A stretch of DNA of 64,000 nucleotides. It comes from an uncultured Clostridia bacterium. GTDB taxonomy: Bacteria > Bacillota > Clostridia > TANB77 > CAG-508. The stretch lies in the NCBI GenBank assembly GCA_934130085.1, contig CAKOXK010000003.1, forward strand, positions 3,070 through 67,069, given 5' to 3'. Position 1 is the stretch's first letter. Each line of letters opens with the position of its first letter. The notes under the pieces are model-generated. The model saw nothing but the letters and a program-made list of their open reading frames with translations. It searched no databases and was not told where the DNA came from. This document shows, piece after piece, positions 36,806-45,495 of this stretch. The position numbers and the translations under genes are program-made.

Positions 36806-37627
36806 TTATTTTAAGTTATTTATATCATGTCTTGATGCATATATATCTAATATATCTTTTGCAAATGAATCAAATGCTAATGTTGAATATTCAATATCAA
36901 AACTGTCAGAAATTAAACCATCTGCTTTTAATTCTTGACTATTTTTATATAATTTAGGTACATCTCTGTTAAAATCAACAATTAATAAAGTACATCTCTC
37001 ATATGAATAACTTTCATCAGTTAATTGTCTGTTATTTATTGAATTAAAGAAACTTATATATTTTTCAATATTAGTACTATTGTTTTTAAAAGCTACTATC
37101 TTTTCTTTTACTAAAATGTCATCATATTCATGTGTTGGTATAAGATAAACTTCTCCAAGTACAATATCATTATATCTCTTATGTAAATTTTCTGCTTCAG
37201 CAAACGTTCTCTCAAATAATGTATCTGCATTCTTTGCTAAACTACTCATTTGGCTACGAACATTTATTACAAGAGAATTTTTAGAAAATTCATATCCATA
37301 TGGATCTAATTTATTTTCAAATTTCAAAGGTCCCCAATTAATAATAATTGGTTTCTTATCTAAATTAGTTGGTAGAACACAAACATCTTGATCTTTTTGT
37401 TTTAAAAATCCTGCAAATTTTATCTCTGGTTTTCTCTTATTTAAAGGAGGAAAAATCTTCTCTGGATTTACTCCATTTTTTATCAATTCATACTTTACTG
37501 CATCATGAATTAAATTTATTAATTCAGAAGATCTGATCATTGATTCCTTACCTTTTGTTCCATTTTCTTCTATTGATTTTTCAATCATTTTCTTAAATAA
37601 AACTAATTTTTCATCTATATATTCCAT
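36806..37627 (-). CDS. putative type II restriction endonuclease (assigned by context)
   Basis: Lies on the same strand as, and downstream of, the N6-adenine methyltransferase. No motif is assigned with confidence. Preferred start is ATG 37627, after GGGGGA. Confidence 0.4.
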   Translation of the reverse strand: MEYIDEKLVLFKKMIEKSIEENGTKGKESMIRSSELINLIHDAVKYELIKNGVNPEKIFPPLNKRKPEIKFAGFLKQKDQDVCVLPTNLDKKPIIINWGPLKFENKLDPYGYEFSKNSLVINVRSQMSSLAKNADTLFERTFAEAENLHKRYNDIVLGEVYLIPTHEYDDILVKEKIVAFKNNSTNIEKYISFFNSINNRQLTDESYSYERCTLLIVDFNRDVPKLYKNSQELKADGLISDSFDIEYSTLAFDSFAKDILDIYASRHDINNLK

Positions 37628-37739
37628 AATTCCCCCTAATATCCTATTTTTTGACATTCTATCATAAATATAAAAAAAAATCTATAAATTGTATTAAAAA
37701 TTCCTTTTCTATGTTATAATTTGCCTAGGAGGAATTATT

Positions 37740-38200
37740 ATGAATTTAAAAAAAGACTCTTCTTATTTATTAATAAAAATGAATAGCCCTGAAAATATAA
37801 ATTTCTTAAAATAACATTGTAATATTATAAACAAAAAGGCTATGTTTGGTTTTGTAGATTTGGAAAAAGCAATGTTTCAGCATCAAAAATAAAATCTCAA
37901 GATAATTATATATTTTTAAAAGATTCAAAAAGAAATGATAACAATATTTATATTGCTAAATATGAAACAATTGCATCATCACCTGATAATGAAGTTTTTC
38001 CTAAATATTATGATAATATTTTATTAGAAAAATCTTTATGGTTTAAAATTACACAATTACAAGAATTTAACTATAATTATTTAACAGATAATTTTGTAAC
38101 TAAATCTACAAATGCAAATTTAGAAAAAGTTTTTTGCTCAATGTGCAGTTCATTTTATATAACATGTAAAAACAATTTAAATATAAAAACAGGAAAATAA
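37740..38200 (+). pseudogene. disrupted small gene between the methyltransferase and the endonuclease candidate
   Basis: ATG at 37740 after AGGAGG is followed by a stop after 24 codons. A second frame continues as QKGYVWFCRFGKSNV...LWFKITQLQEF...CSMCSSFYI to 38200. At least one frameshift or stop is present. Confidence 0.45.
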
Positions 38201-38215
38201 ATTTTTCCTGTTTTT
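38186..38215. terminator. bidirectional terminator
   Basis: AAAACAGGAAAA / TTTTCCTGTTTT 12-bp stem with A and T tracts on both sides. Confidence 0.6.
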
Positions 38216-40031
38216 ATATTTTTATATTATATTTTTCAAAAAGCATTTCATCTATTCTCATTTTATTGTCACTATTTAAAATTTCTAATTCTTCTTTATT
38301 AAAATCTGGAATAGAAAACTTCTCAATATATTTTTTTTGATAACAATAATATCCACCTTCTATTGCATAGCTTGTATTGCTAATGTAATATTTCATAATT
38401 GCTGAATTTAAAATTTTACCTAAAATATTTAATGAAATCTTATCATTTTCAAATATAGCATATCCATTACAAAACAATGCATTTTCATTGTCTATGTATT
38501 TAAATTTAGGACTCTTAGCAAAAGTTGGGAAAAGCATCTTTTTACCATATTTGTTTAGACCTTGCGTTCTCCCATACGCATACCACCCATATGGATTTCC
38601 TTTTCCTTTATCTCTTTTATCTAATTCGCTTTTCATTTCCTCAAGATATATATATGCTTTTGGAAATTTTTCTTCTAAATCTTTTTCTTCTATCAATTTG
38701 TATGTTCCATTATCTTTAAAATATGGAAATATAATATATTGCATTGCTTCATTTTCATTTTGACATTTCTTTAATTCTGGAACTTTGTATATTGGCTTAA
38801 CAATATCATCTTCTATTTCAAATCTTATGCCATTTATATTTTTGTAAAATCCAAATTCATCTTTATCAACTAAATACACGCCATCTTTTAATGTAGCTAT
38901 ACCTGTTCTTATGAATTCCTTAATTGGCATTTTTTGTTTTTCTATTTTTCTTATATTGTCAAGTGTATTCTTGTTAACTAATTTCCATCCATTTTTATCT
39001 AATAATTCTATATTCATTGATTCATATTTCATACTACTAAGCATGTTTTCAATATCATCACACTTATCTATAACACAATAATTAAACGTTTCATTACATT
39101 TTTTATTTAATTTGATTATACAATTATATGTTCTAACAGGTTTAAATATCATATTATCTGAAAAGTCTATTATAGATTCTATACTTTTTTCATTTTGTAA
39201 AACCTCTCTTAACGTATTAGCTGATTTTATAGTTAATACATTATTGGGAATAATAAATTCTAAATCTCCTTCATCTTTCAAATATTTTAAACCATTTTCA
39301 ATAAATGCATAAAATATATTAAATACACCTTCTTGCGTTGTTTTAAATTTATCTTTTAAGAACTTTATAGTTTCTTTTTTCATATCATGTGGATTTACAT
39401 ATGGTGGATTACCAATTATATAATCAAATTTTTTTACATCAAAAATAGTATTCCAATTTTCTTTTAAGCTATCTTCACTAACTATATTATATTTTATATC
39501 TTTTTTAAGATCTAGATTATTTATTATACAGTATAATTCAATTGCTAATTGACATCTTCTTGCATTTTCCTCCATAATATCTATTCCATAGATATTATTT
39601 TCAATTATTGTATTTATATCAATATTATATTTTTTATGAATATATTCTATTGCAGATATTAAAAATATGCCACAACCACACCCTGGATCAATAATTTTTA
39701 TATTAGAACTCCAATTTTCAATATCATTTAGACTATCTTGTACAATAAAATCAGATATATATTTAGGAGTAAAAACAATTCCATTTTCATTTTTTTGATC
39801 TTTATCTAATAGATATTCAAAAAACTCTATTATATATTCTATATCTATTGGAAAATTATCATCTAATAAAGTTTTATATATTTCTATATTTTCTTTATTA
39901 TCAACATCAACATCTGATTTCACTTGTTCTCTTATATATTCAATTAATCCTTCCTCAATTTCAGTAATTTCTTTATGAGCTATTTTTTTATATAAATTCT
40001 CAAAATATATTAATCGTTTTTCTCTTTCCAT
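38214..40031 (-). CDS. N6-adenine DNA methyltransferase (gamma class, Eco57I-family-like)
   Basis: Motif I IIDPGCGCGIFL and motif IV IIGNPPYV. A long C-terminal region is consistent with a target-recognition domain. Confidence 0.85.
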   Translation of the reverse strand: MEREKRLIYFENLYKKIAHKEITEIEEGLIEYIREQVKSDVDVDNKENIEIYKTLLDDNFPIDIEYIIEFFEYLLDKDQKNENGIVFTPKYISDFIVQDSLNDIENWSSNIKIIDPGCGCGIFLISAIEYIHKKYNIDINTIIENNIYGIDIMEENARRCQLAIELYCIINNLDLKKDIKYNIVSEDSLKENWNTIFDVKKFDYIIGNPPYVNPHDMKKETIKFLKDKFKTTQEGVFNIFYAFIENGLKYLKDEGDLEFIIPNNVLTIKSANTLREVLQNEKSIESIIDFSDNMIFKPVRTYNCIIKLNKKCNETFNYCVIDKCDDIENMLSSMKYESMNIELLDKNGWKLVNKNTLDNIRKIEKQKMPIKEFIRTGIATLKDGVYLVDKDEFGFYKNINGIRFEIEDDIVKPIYKVPELKKCQNENEAMQYIIFPYFKDNGTYKLIEEKDLEEKFPKAYIYLEEMKSELDKRDKGKGNPYGWYAYGRTQGLNKYGKKMLFPTFAKSPKFKYIDNENALFCNGYAIFENDKISLNILGKILNSAIMKYYISNTSYAIEGGYYCYQKKYIEKFSIPDFNKEELEILNSDNKMRIDEMLFEKYNIKI

Positions 40032-40192
40032 AATTGCTCCTTGTCTATATTATTTTATATCATAAATATAATTTTTTACCAATTCGCTTTCATAAAATTT
40101 ATTTTGTTATATATTATCAAACATTTGTTTCTTTTGCAATAGTTTTTATGAAATTTTACAAAAATTTTCATAGGCACATTTCTGTGCCTAAT

Positions 40193-40660
40193 TTATAATT
40201 CATAGCTTCTCTTTTTCTTGTGTTGTATCTCTTTTTCCTGTTCCTTATCCTCCACCTCTTTAATCTGTTGTTTCATTTCTGGAACATTATTATAAATCAC
40301 ATCACAAAGTTTTATTTCTTTTTTTACTTTCTTCAGCATATCTGTAACAGGAATAATACCTTTTGTAATAGAATCTTTATCATCCTCATTATTGCACTTA
40401 TTTCTGTGATAATATAATTTGTTTCTTTTATTAAGTATTATTTGCTTTTCTCTGAGTTTCATAGTTTTTAATTCATCTACTGCATCTGTTGTTTTCAATT
40501 TATATTTACACATAAATCTAATCTGTTCTGAATAGAATTCCATTTTCTTCACTTCTTTTTGCATTTCTGGTGTTAGCTTGTATTTTATGTTATTCTTTTT
40601 ATGAAAGCCTAATAAAAACTTATAGTAATAATATAATGCAATTATTCCTTTAGGCTTATA
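40193..40660 (-). CDS. hypothetical coiled-coil protein, probably the 5'-truncated remnant of a mobile-element gene
   Basis: K/E-rich. The N-terminal about 50 codons of ORF 40193..40804 overlap a plus-strand gene and look non-coding. I have only a weak recollection of similar YYxxLLG...TPEM...YSEQIRF segments in mobilisation proteins. Confidence 0.25.
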   Translation of the reverse strand, partial: YKPKGIIALYYYYKFLLGFHKKNNIKYKLTPEMQKEVKKMEFYSEQIRFMCKYKLKTTDAVDELKTMKLREKQIILNKRNKLYYHRNKCNNEDDKDSITKGIIPVTDMLKKVKKEIKLCDVIYNNVPEMKQQIKEVEDKEQEKEIQHKKKRSYEL

Positions 40661-40670
40661 TCTTTTCTTT

Positions 40671-41419
40671 ATGCTAGAAATTGATTTAGAAGAAGATTTC
40701 ACATTAAATGCTCTTGTCGATTTATTAAATATAGGAAAATCAGCAGTTACTAGCAAAGATTCTTTAAATAACAAAGTACTTGAATTTGTTAATAAATATA
40801 GCACATTAGGTTTAATGAATGATTTATCTATTAATAAATACTTTTTTTAGATGAAAAAGTTATTTTAAAAGACTTTAATTATGTAGGAAATAATGATTTT
40901 ACTACTACTATTAATTGTATTAATTATTTTAAAATATTCTTTCATAAATGTATTGAAAAACAAATTGAAAAATTAATAAAAGACACAAAAAAAATTGCAG
41001 AAACTCCTGCAATTGAAAAATATATTACTGAAGATATAAATAAACATTTAATAGGTTCTCATTGGTATTGTGAGCCTTTAGATATATTTATTAAATATGT
41101 TACATATATGTATAATTTATTAAATGCAATTATAAATAAAGACGATACAGTTGAAACAAAATATAATACTTTTGAAGTTAATAATATAAATATGTTCTTA
41201 ACTCAAAAAGAAAATGTAAATATAGAAACTCCTATTACATCTTTAAAACAATTTGTAGATTTTTATTTTGCTAAAACAGTTTCTCAAGATGTTAATTTAT
41301 TAAAAATTTGTAAGTTCTGCAATAAGGCTTTTATTGCTAATAATCCTAAAGCAGAATATGATACACCCCAATGTAAAAATAAAGCTAATGTATATAAAAG
41401 TAGAGCCAAAAATAAATAG
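40671..41419 (+). pseudogene. frameshifted gene encoding a protein with a C-terminal Cys cluster
   Basis: The frame from ATG 40671 (MLEIDLEEDF...NKYFF) stops at a T7 run near 40843-40849. It continues in another frame to ...CKFCNKAFIANNPKAEYDTPQCKNKANVYKSRAKNK at 41419. Confidence 0.45.
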
Positions 41420-41435
41420 AGAGCTATAGCTCTCT
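41418..41435. terminator. perfect palindrome between convergent genes
   Basis: AGAGAGCTATAGCTCTCT overlaps both stop codons, at 41419 (+) and 41434 (-). Confidence 0.5.
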
Positions 41436-41835
41436 ATTGTTTTGCAAAAGCATCCATTGCTTTTGTGTATAACTCTTTTGAAAAAGGCTCCTTTTCTTCA
41501 GGCTCATAATATATTTCAATCTTTTCATTTGAAACACCTGCTAATCCTATATTAAATTTTTTAAATTCTTTAATATTTTCCAAAGGTGCATCGATATAAT
41601 CATTATCCATAAATACATAAGCTTTTTTTGAAAAAGATCTATATCTATACGCTTGTATTAAAGCTCTTTTCCAATTTTTTAATTTTGCTTCAATACTAAT
41701 AATTTCTTTATTATTTATCATAATATCTGGGATTCCAAATAATCCAATCGGCTCTAAAAGTATTTCATCTTTTTTATATTCGTTCAATAATTCATTTACA
41801 CATGTATCAACCATTTTTTCTTCTGTTCTAAACAT
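41434..41835 (-). CDS. small PD-(D/E)xK (Hjc/restriction-endonuclease-fold-like) protein; third gene of the kinase operon
   Basis: GIPDIMI ... ISIEAKLKNWKRALIQAYRY gives the D-(x)n-ExK arrangement. GGAGGG SD. There is a 12-nt gap to the upstream gene. Confidence 0.55.
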   Translation of the reverse strand: MFRTEEKMVDTCVNELLNEYKKDEILLEPIGLFGIPDIMINNKEIISIEAKLKNWKRALIQAYRYRSFSKKAYVFMDNDYIDAPLENIKEFKKFNIGLAGVSNEKIEIYYEPEEKEPFSKELYTKAMDAFAKQ

Positions 41836-41847
41836 ATTATCCCTCCA

Positions 41848-43032
41848 TTATTTACTTAGTTTATATTTATTGTACATATTAATTGCATTTGTCCAATGTA
41901 TTAAATGATCTCCGTTGCTTCTCTCATCTAACAATACTCCACTATCATTAATCTCTTTGTAATATATCATACTTTCCTTAATTTTTTCAAGTATAAATTG
42001 ATATCTTGCATCATATTCTCCAGGTAATTCTTGTAATAATTTGCTATATTCACAAAAGTAATATTTATAAATTTCTGGCTTTGTAAAGTGCCATTGGAAA
42101 GTTGGTTCAAACAATTTTATTTTATATTCATTATCTTCAAATAATTCATCGTATTTATCATATAAAGTTTCTAATGGTGCTAAATATGTATATTCTACAT
42201 TCTGTAAAAGTTTCGCACTAAATACCCTTGGATTTGGTCCCTGTCTTTTACCAACATTTGATTTAAATTTCTCAATGCTAAAACATCTAGTATTTTCATA
42301 TGCTCCGATAGAAATAGACGTTATATCAGATAAAGATAATATAAATCCTTCTATATCTGTATACCCCAAATGTACTAGCAATTCGTTTTCTCTCAGTTTA
42401 TCTATAAACTTCATTAGTTCAAATAAATATTTTTCATCTCTTACTCTTTTATATGTTTCTACATGTTCAGGAATAATATAAATTCCATCTATTGCCTGAA
42501 AACTTGTAGCAAAGCTTAATATCTCTTCTCTTATTTCTTTATCAAATAAATAATTATCCTTTAAAATTAATGTTAAAAATACTGGTTTATTAACATTTAA
42601 TTTTTCTATGGCACTTACAAAAGGAATTATATATAACTCTTTTTGTATTGCTAAATATTTATCTGTAAAATTTTCTTTATAAACACATGGAATAATTATT
42701 CTATTAAAAGAATTATTTTTTTGAAATTCTACACATTTATAAGCATCATCATATGCTTTTTCTTCATAGTTAACAGTTGAATAATCATTATTCATAAAAG
42801 TATTTGGGAAAAAATTATATGTTTGAAGTTTTTTCTTATCGCTTTTGGGTAAGTAATATTGTGGATCAAAAAAAGAGGATTCTTTTATTTTTAAGTCTAA
42901 TTTTTCTACTTTTTCTTTTTCAAAATCAGATGGAGAAAAAATCAACCCGTCTCCAATTTTATCTTTGCAAAAACTATCTATATTCCAAATAGTATTATGT
43001 CCACATTGATGATAAATTTCGATATTATTCAT
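41848..43032 (-). CDS. 394-aa protein of unknown function; second gene of the kinase operon
   Basis: The AAGGAGG SD is embedded in the kinase 3' end, with a 1-nt gap after the kinase stop. Recurrent strand-end motifs (YHQCGHN, FFDPQYY, RIIIPCVY, GIYIIPEH, HLGYTD, SIGAYEN) hint at an alpha/beta-barrel fold. No family assigned. Confidence 0.6.
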   Translation of the reverse strand: MNNIEIYHQCGHNTIWNIDSFCKDKIGDGLIFSPSDFEKEKVEKLDLKIKESSFFDPQYYLPKSDKKKLQTYNFFPNTFMNNDYSTVNYEEKAYDDAYKCVEFQKNNSFNRIIIPCVYKENFTDKYLAIQKELYIIPFVSAIEKLNVNKPVFLTLILKDNYLFDKEIREEILSFATSFQAIDGIYIIPEHVETYKRVRDEKYLFELMKFIDKLRENELLVHLGYTDIEGFILSLSDITSISIGAYENTRCFSIEKFKSNVGKRQGPNPRVFSAKLLQNVEYTYLAPLETLYDKYDELFEDNEYKIKLFEPTFQWHFTKPEIYKYYFCEYSKLLQELPGEYDARYQFILEKIKESMIYYKEINDSGVLLDERSNGDHLIHWTNAINMYNKYKLSK

Positions 43033-43033
43033 T

Positions 43034-43849
43034 TTATAATTCCTCCTTTAAAAAGTTTTCTAATGCTTCTTTGAAACTTGTGTATTTTCTATAGCGATTA
43101 AATGGTTGTACTTCTAATGTTTTTAAAAAAATATTCACAAACTTTCTACTTTCCTTGGTATTCTTTATATCAATTCTCTTGTTTCCTCCTATAATATTAT
43201 CTTTAATTCCTAATCCGTTTCCCACCCAAGTAGGATCAAATGGATTATGCTTGTAATACAATTCCATTGCTATTATTCCTAAAGAAAAGAAATCACTTCT
43301 AGGACCAATTAGATTTTTCTGATTTAATAATTGTTCTGGTGATGCATATGGAATTGTACATGGACCAATTGGCATAATAGTTTTGGTAAGACTTTCGTCT
43401 AATAAGTTTCTTGCAATTCCTAAATCTATTATGACTGGCTTTCTTGTTATCTTTGAAATAATTATATTGTCTGGCTTTAAATCTCGATGTACAATTTCCT
43501 TTTTCCAAAGTATTTGCATTCCATTTATAATATCTAAAATTAGTTGTGAAATATCTTTTTCACTCTCATAGTCATTCATACAATTGCTTAATGTATTTCC
43601 GTCAATATATTCTTCTAAAATATCGAATTCACCATTCGCTTCGTCATATGAAAAAAAATAATTTTTAGGAAAAAATTCTGATTCAATTGTTTTTAATATA
43701 TTAACTTCTCTAATTATTCTTTTTAATCCATTAGCAGTCTTACATTTACCTTTTTTATAAATCATAATTTTACCATTATGCTCAACCAGATATACACTTT
43801 TTTGTCCACCAGGTTTAAGCTCTTTTATAACATTTAACTCCATTTTCAA
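43034..43849 (-). CDS. Hanks-type (eukaryotic-like) Ser/Thr protein kinase; first gene of the operon
   Basis: Glycine loop PGGQKSVY, catalytic loop HRDLKPDN, DLG (the DFG equivalent) and YASPEQ (the APE equivalent). It is a single kinase domain of 271 aa. The start is TTG 43849 or ATG 43843, after GGAGGG. Confidence 0.85.
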   Translation of the reverse strand: MKMELNVIKELKPGGQKSVYLVEHNGKIMIYKKGKCKTANGLKRIIREVNILKTIESEFFPKNYFFSYDEANGEFDILEEYIDGNTLSNCMNDYESEKDISQLILDIINGMQILWKKEIVHRDLKPDNIIISKITRKPVIIDLGIARNLLDESLTKTIMPIGPCTIPYASPEQLLNQKNLIGPRSDFFSLGIIAMELYYKHNPFDPTWVGNGLGIKDNIIGGNKRIDIKNTKESRKFVNIFLKTLEVQPFNRYRKYTSFKEALENFLKEEL

Positions 43850-43872
43850 ATTAATATCCCTCCATATTTTTC

Positions 43873-43881
43873 ATTATAACA
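43873..43881 (-). promoter_or_regulatory. extended -10 element (TGTTATAAT) for the kinase operon
   Basis: The rc of 43873-43881 reads TGTTATAAT, about 24 nt upstream of the start and before the GGAGGG SD. Confidence 0.4.
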
Positions 43882-44152
43882 TCTTTTACTACAAAATACT
43901 AGGATTGCTTACTTATTATTATTACTTTTATTCGTATTTTTCGACTTTTTTTGACAAAAAGTTTATATTACATTTTATAAAGTATTTTATTGTCCTATAT
44001 ATTTTCTTTTATGAATTTTTGTGTAATCTTTGTAACACTTGAAAAATAAAGAAAAACTACTAGAATTGGCATTAAAATTGTAGTATAATCATGACAATTA
44101 AATATTAACAAACTTCCACCCATAATTATGCTGAAAGGAGATGAAAAAAGCA

Positions 44153-45138
44153 ATGGCTGGAAGTATTGAAAAAAGAGGTGAAAATACTTATAGGTTAGTC
44201 GTTTCAGGTGGTAAAAATCTTGATGGTACTAGATGTAAAAAAACAAAAACTATACATGGTACAAGAAAAGATGCTAAAATAGCTTTAGCAGAATTCATTA
44301 CAGAAGTAAATCGTGGATTAGTTCCAGAAGGAAAGTCAATTACCTTTGAAGAACTCTTTTATATTTGGGATGAAAAATATGCTTCAAAAGAATTAGCACC
44401 AAAAACTTATTCAAGATATATTGGAATATTAAAATCTCGAATTCTTCCATATTTAGGTTCATTTACTTTAGGCAAAATCAAACCAACAGATTTAATGAAC
44501 TTTTATGATATATTAGAAAATGATACCCAGATAAAGAGAATAGCAAAAAATAATGGTCAAAGAACTTTAAAACCATTATCTCCAAAAACAATTCTAGAGC
44601 ACCATAGACTAATAAGCGCCATGTTACAAAATGCAGTATACTGGCAGTTGTTACCTTCTAATCCTGCTAGAAGAGTTAAACCACCAAAGACTAAGAAACC
44701 TAAAATGGAATTTTTGATAAAGATACTAAAACCGAAAGTTCTAATAGAGTTGTTCCAATACCAAATTATATTACAAATGCTCTTCTTGAATATAAAGAAT
44801 AGTATGACGAGCAAAAGACATATGTGGAAATAAATGGATTAATTCTAATAAACTATTTGTACAAGATGACGGAAAACCTATGCATCCAGATACAATTGGA
44901 AAATGGTTTAAGCCTTATATTGAAAAATTAGGACTACCTATAATTAAATTTCACGGTATTAGATAGTCATACAAATGCTACGCTCATGATTGCTAATACT
45001 GTTGATATAGCAACAGTATCTGCAAGACTTGGACATGCAAGTATTAACACTACTATAAAATACTATGTGCACCCACTAGAAAAAAATATGAGAAAAGCAG
45101 CGTATGTATTACAAGACCTATTAATAGGTGACAACTAA
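44153..45138 (+). pseudogene. tyrosine recombinase/integrase, multiply frameshifted
   Basis: The N-terminal SAM-like/arm-binding part is intact (SIEKRGENTYRLVV..., KTYSRYIGILKS). The catalytic part is scattered over three frames with stops (...HGIR*, then ARLGHASINTTIKYYVHP). Confidence 0.8.
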
Positions 45139-45186
45139 TAATCTTCTTTCAATAAAATTACAAAATTGCTTTTTTTAAGTCTTATT

Positions 45187-45270
45187 GTGAAATTTTAGGC
45201 TATTTATAGCTATTTAAAGTAGCTTGTGTCACCAAGCTGTCCCCAAAATAGCCTAAAATCCACTTTCACA
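45187..45270. repeat. large imperfect inverted repeat between the integrase and the right tRNA remnant
   Basis: TGTGAAATTTTAGGCTATT ... AATAGCCTAAAATCCACTTTCACA encloses AGCTTGTGTCACCAAGCT and CTGTCCCCAAA. Confidence 0.5.
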
Positions 45271-45316
45271 AAAAAATAAAGAGTCCACAATCTCTTGCGG
45301 CTCTAAGTTTAAATCT

Positions 45317-45361
45317 TGGTTGCGGGGGTAAGACTCGAACTATCTACCTTCGCTTTATGAG
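45317..45361 (-). other. tRNA(fMet) 3'-half remnant (rightmost, partly degenerate)
   Basis: The rc reads CTCATAAAGCGAAGGTAGATAGTTCGAGTCTTACCCCCGCAACCA. The acceptor end CCCCCGCAACCA is canonical for initiator tRNA. The anticodon stem and T-stem are mutated, and there is no 5' half. Confidence 0.65.
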
Positions 45362-45495
45362 TGTTTTTTGTTCTATCAAATATTTTATAGAATTTATTGT
45401 TTTCTATACTTTCACTCTGAAAAAATTTCATTGTTTAATTTTTGTACTGAAAAGTTCTTTACATTTCTTAATAATTTGTAATTTCAGGTGGCTTT

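Larger units (their letters stand above)
35367..45316. mobile_element. genomic island 2 (about 10 kb) with a decayed tyrosine integrase at its right end
   Basis: Bounded by the tRNA(fMet) remnants at 35317-35366 and 45317-45361. The integrase pseudogene abuts the right remnant. A shared TGTCCCCAA motif occurs at both ends. Confidence 0.65.

Noticed and set aside
43299-43508. 69-aa alternative-frame ORF within the kinase gene
   Set aside because: It lies entirely inside a well-supported CDS, and has no SD and no recognisable motif.
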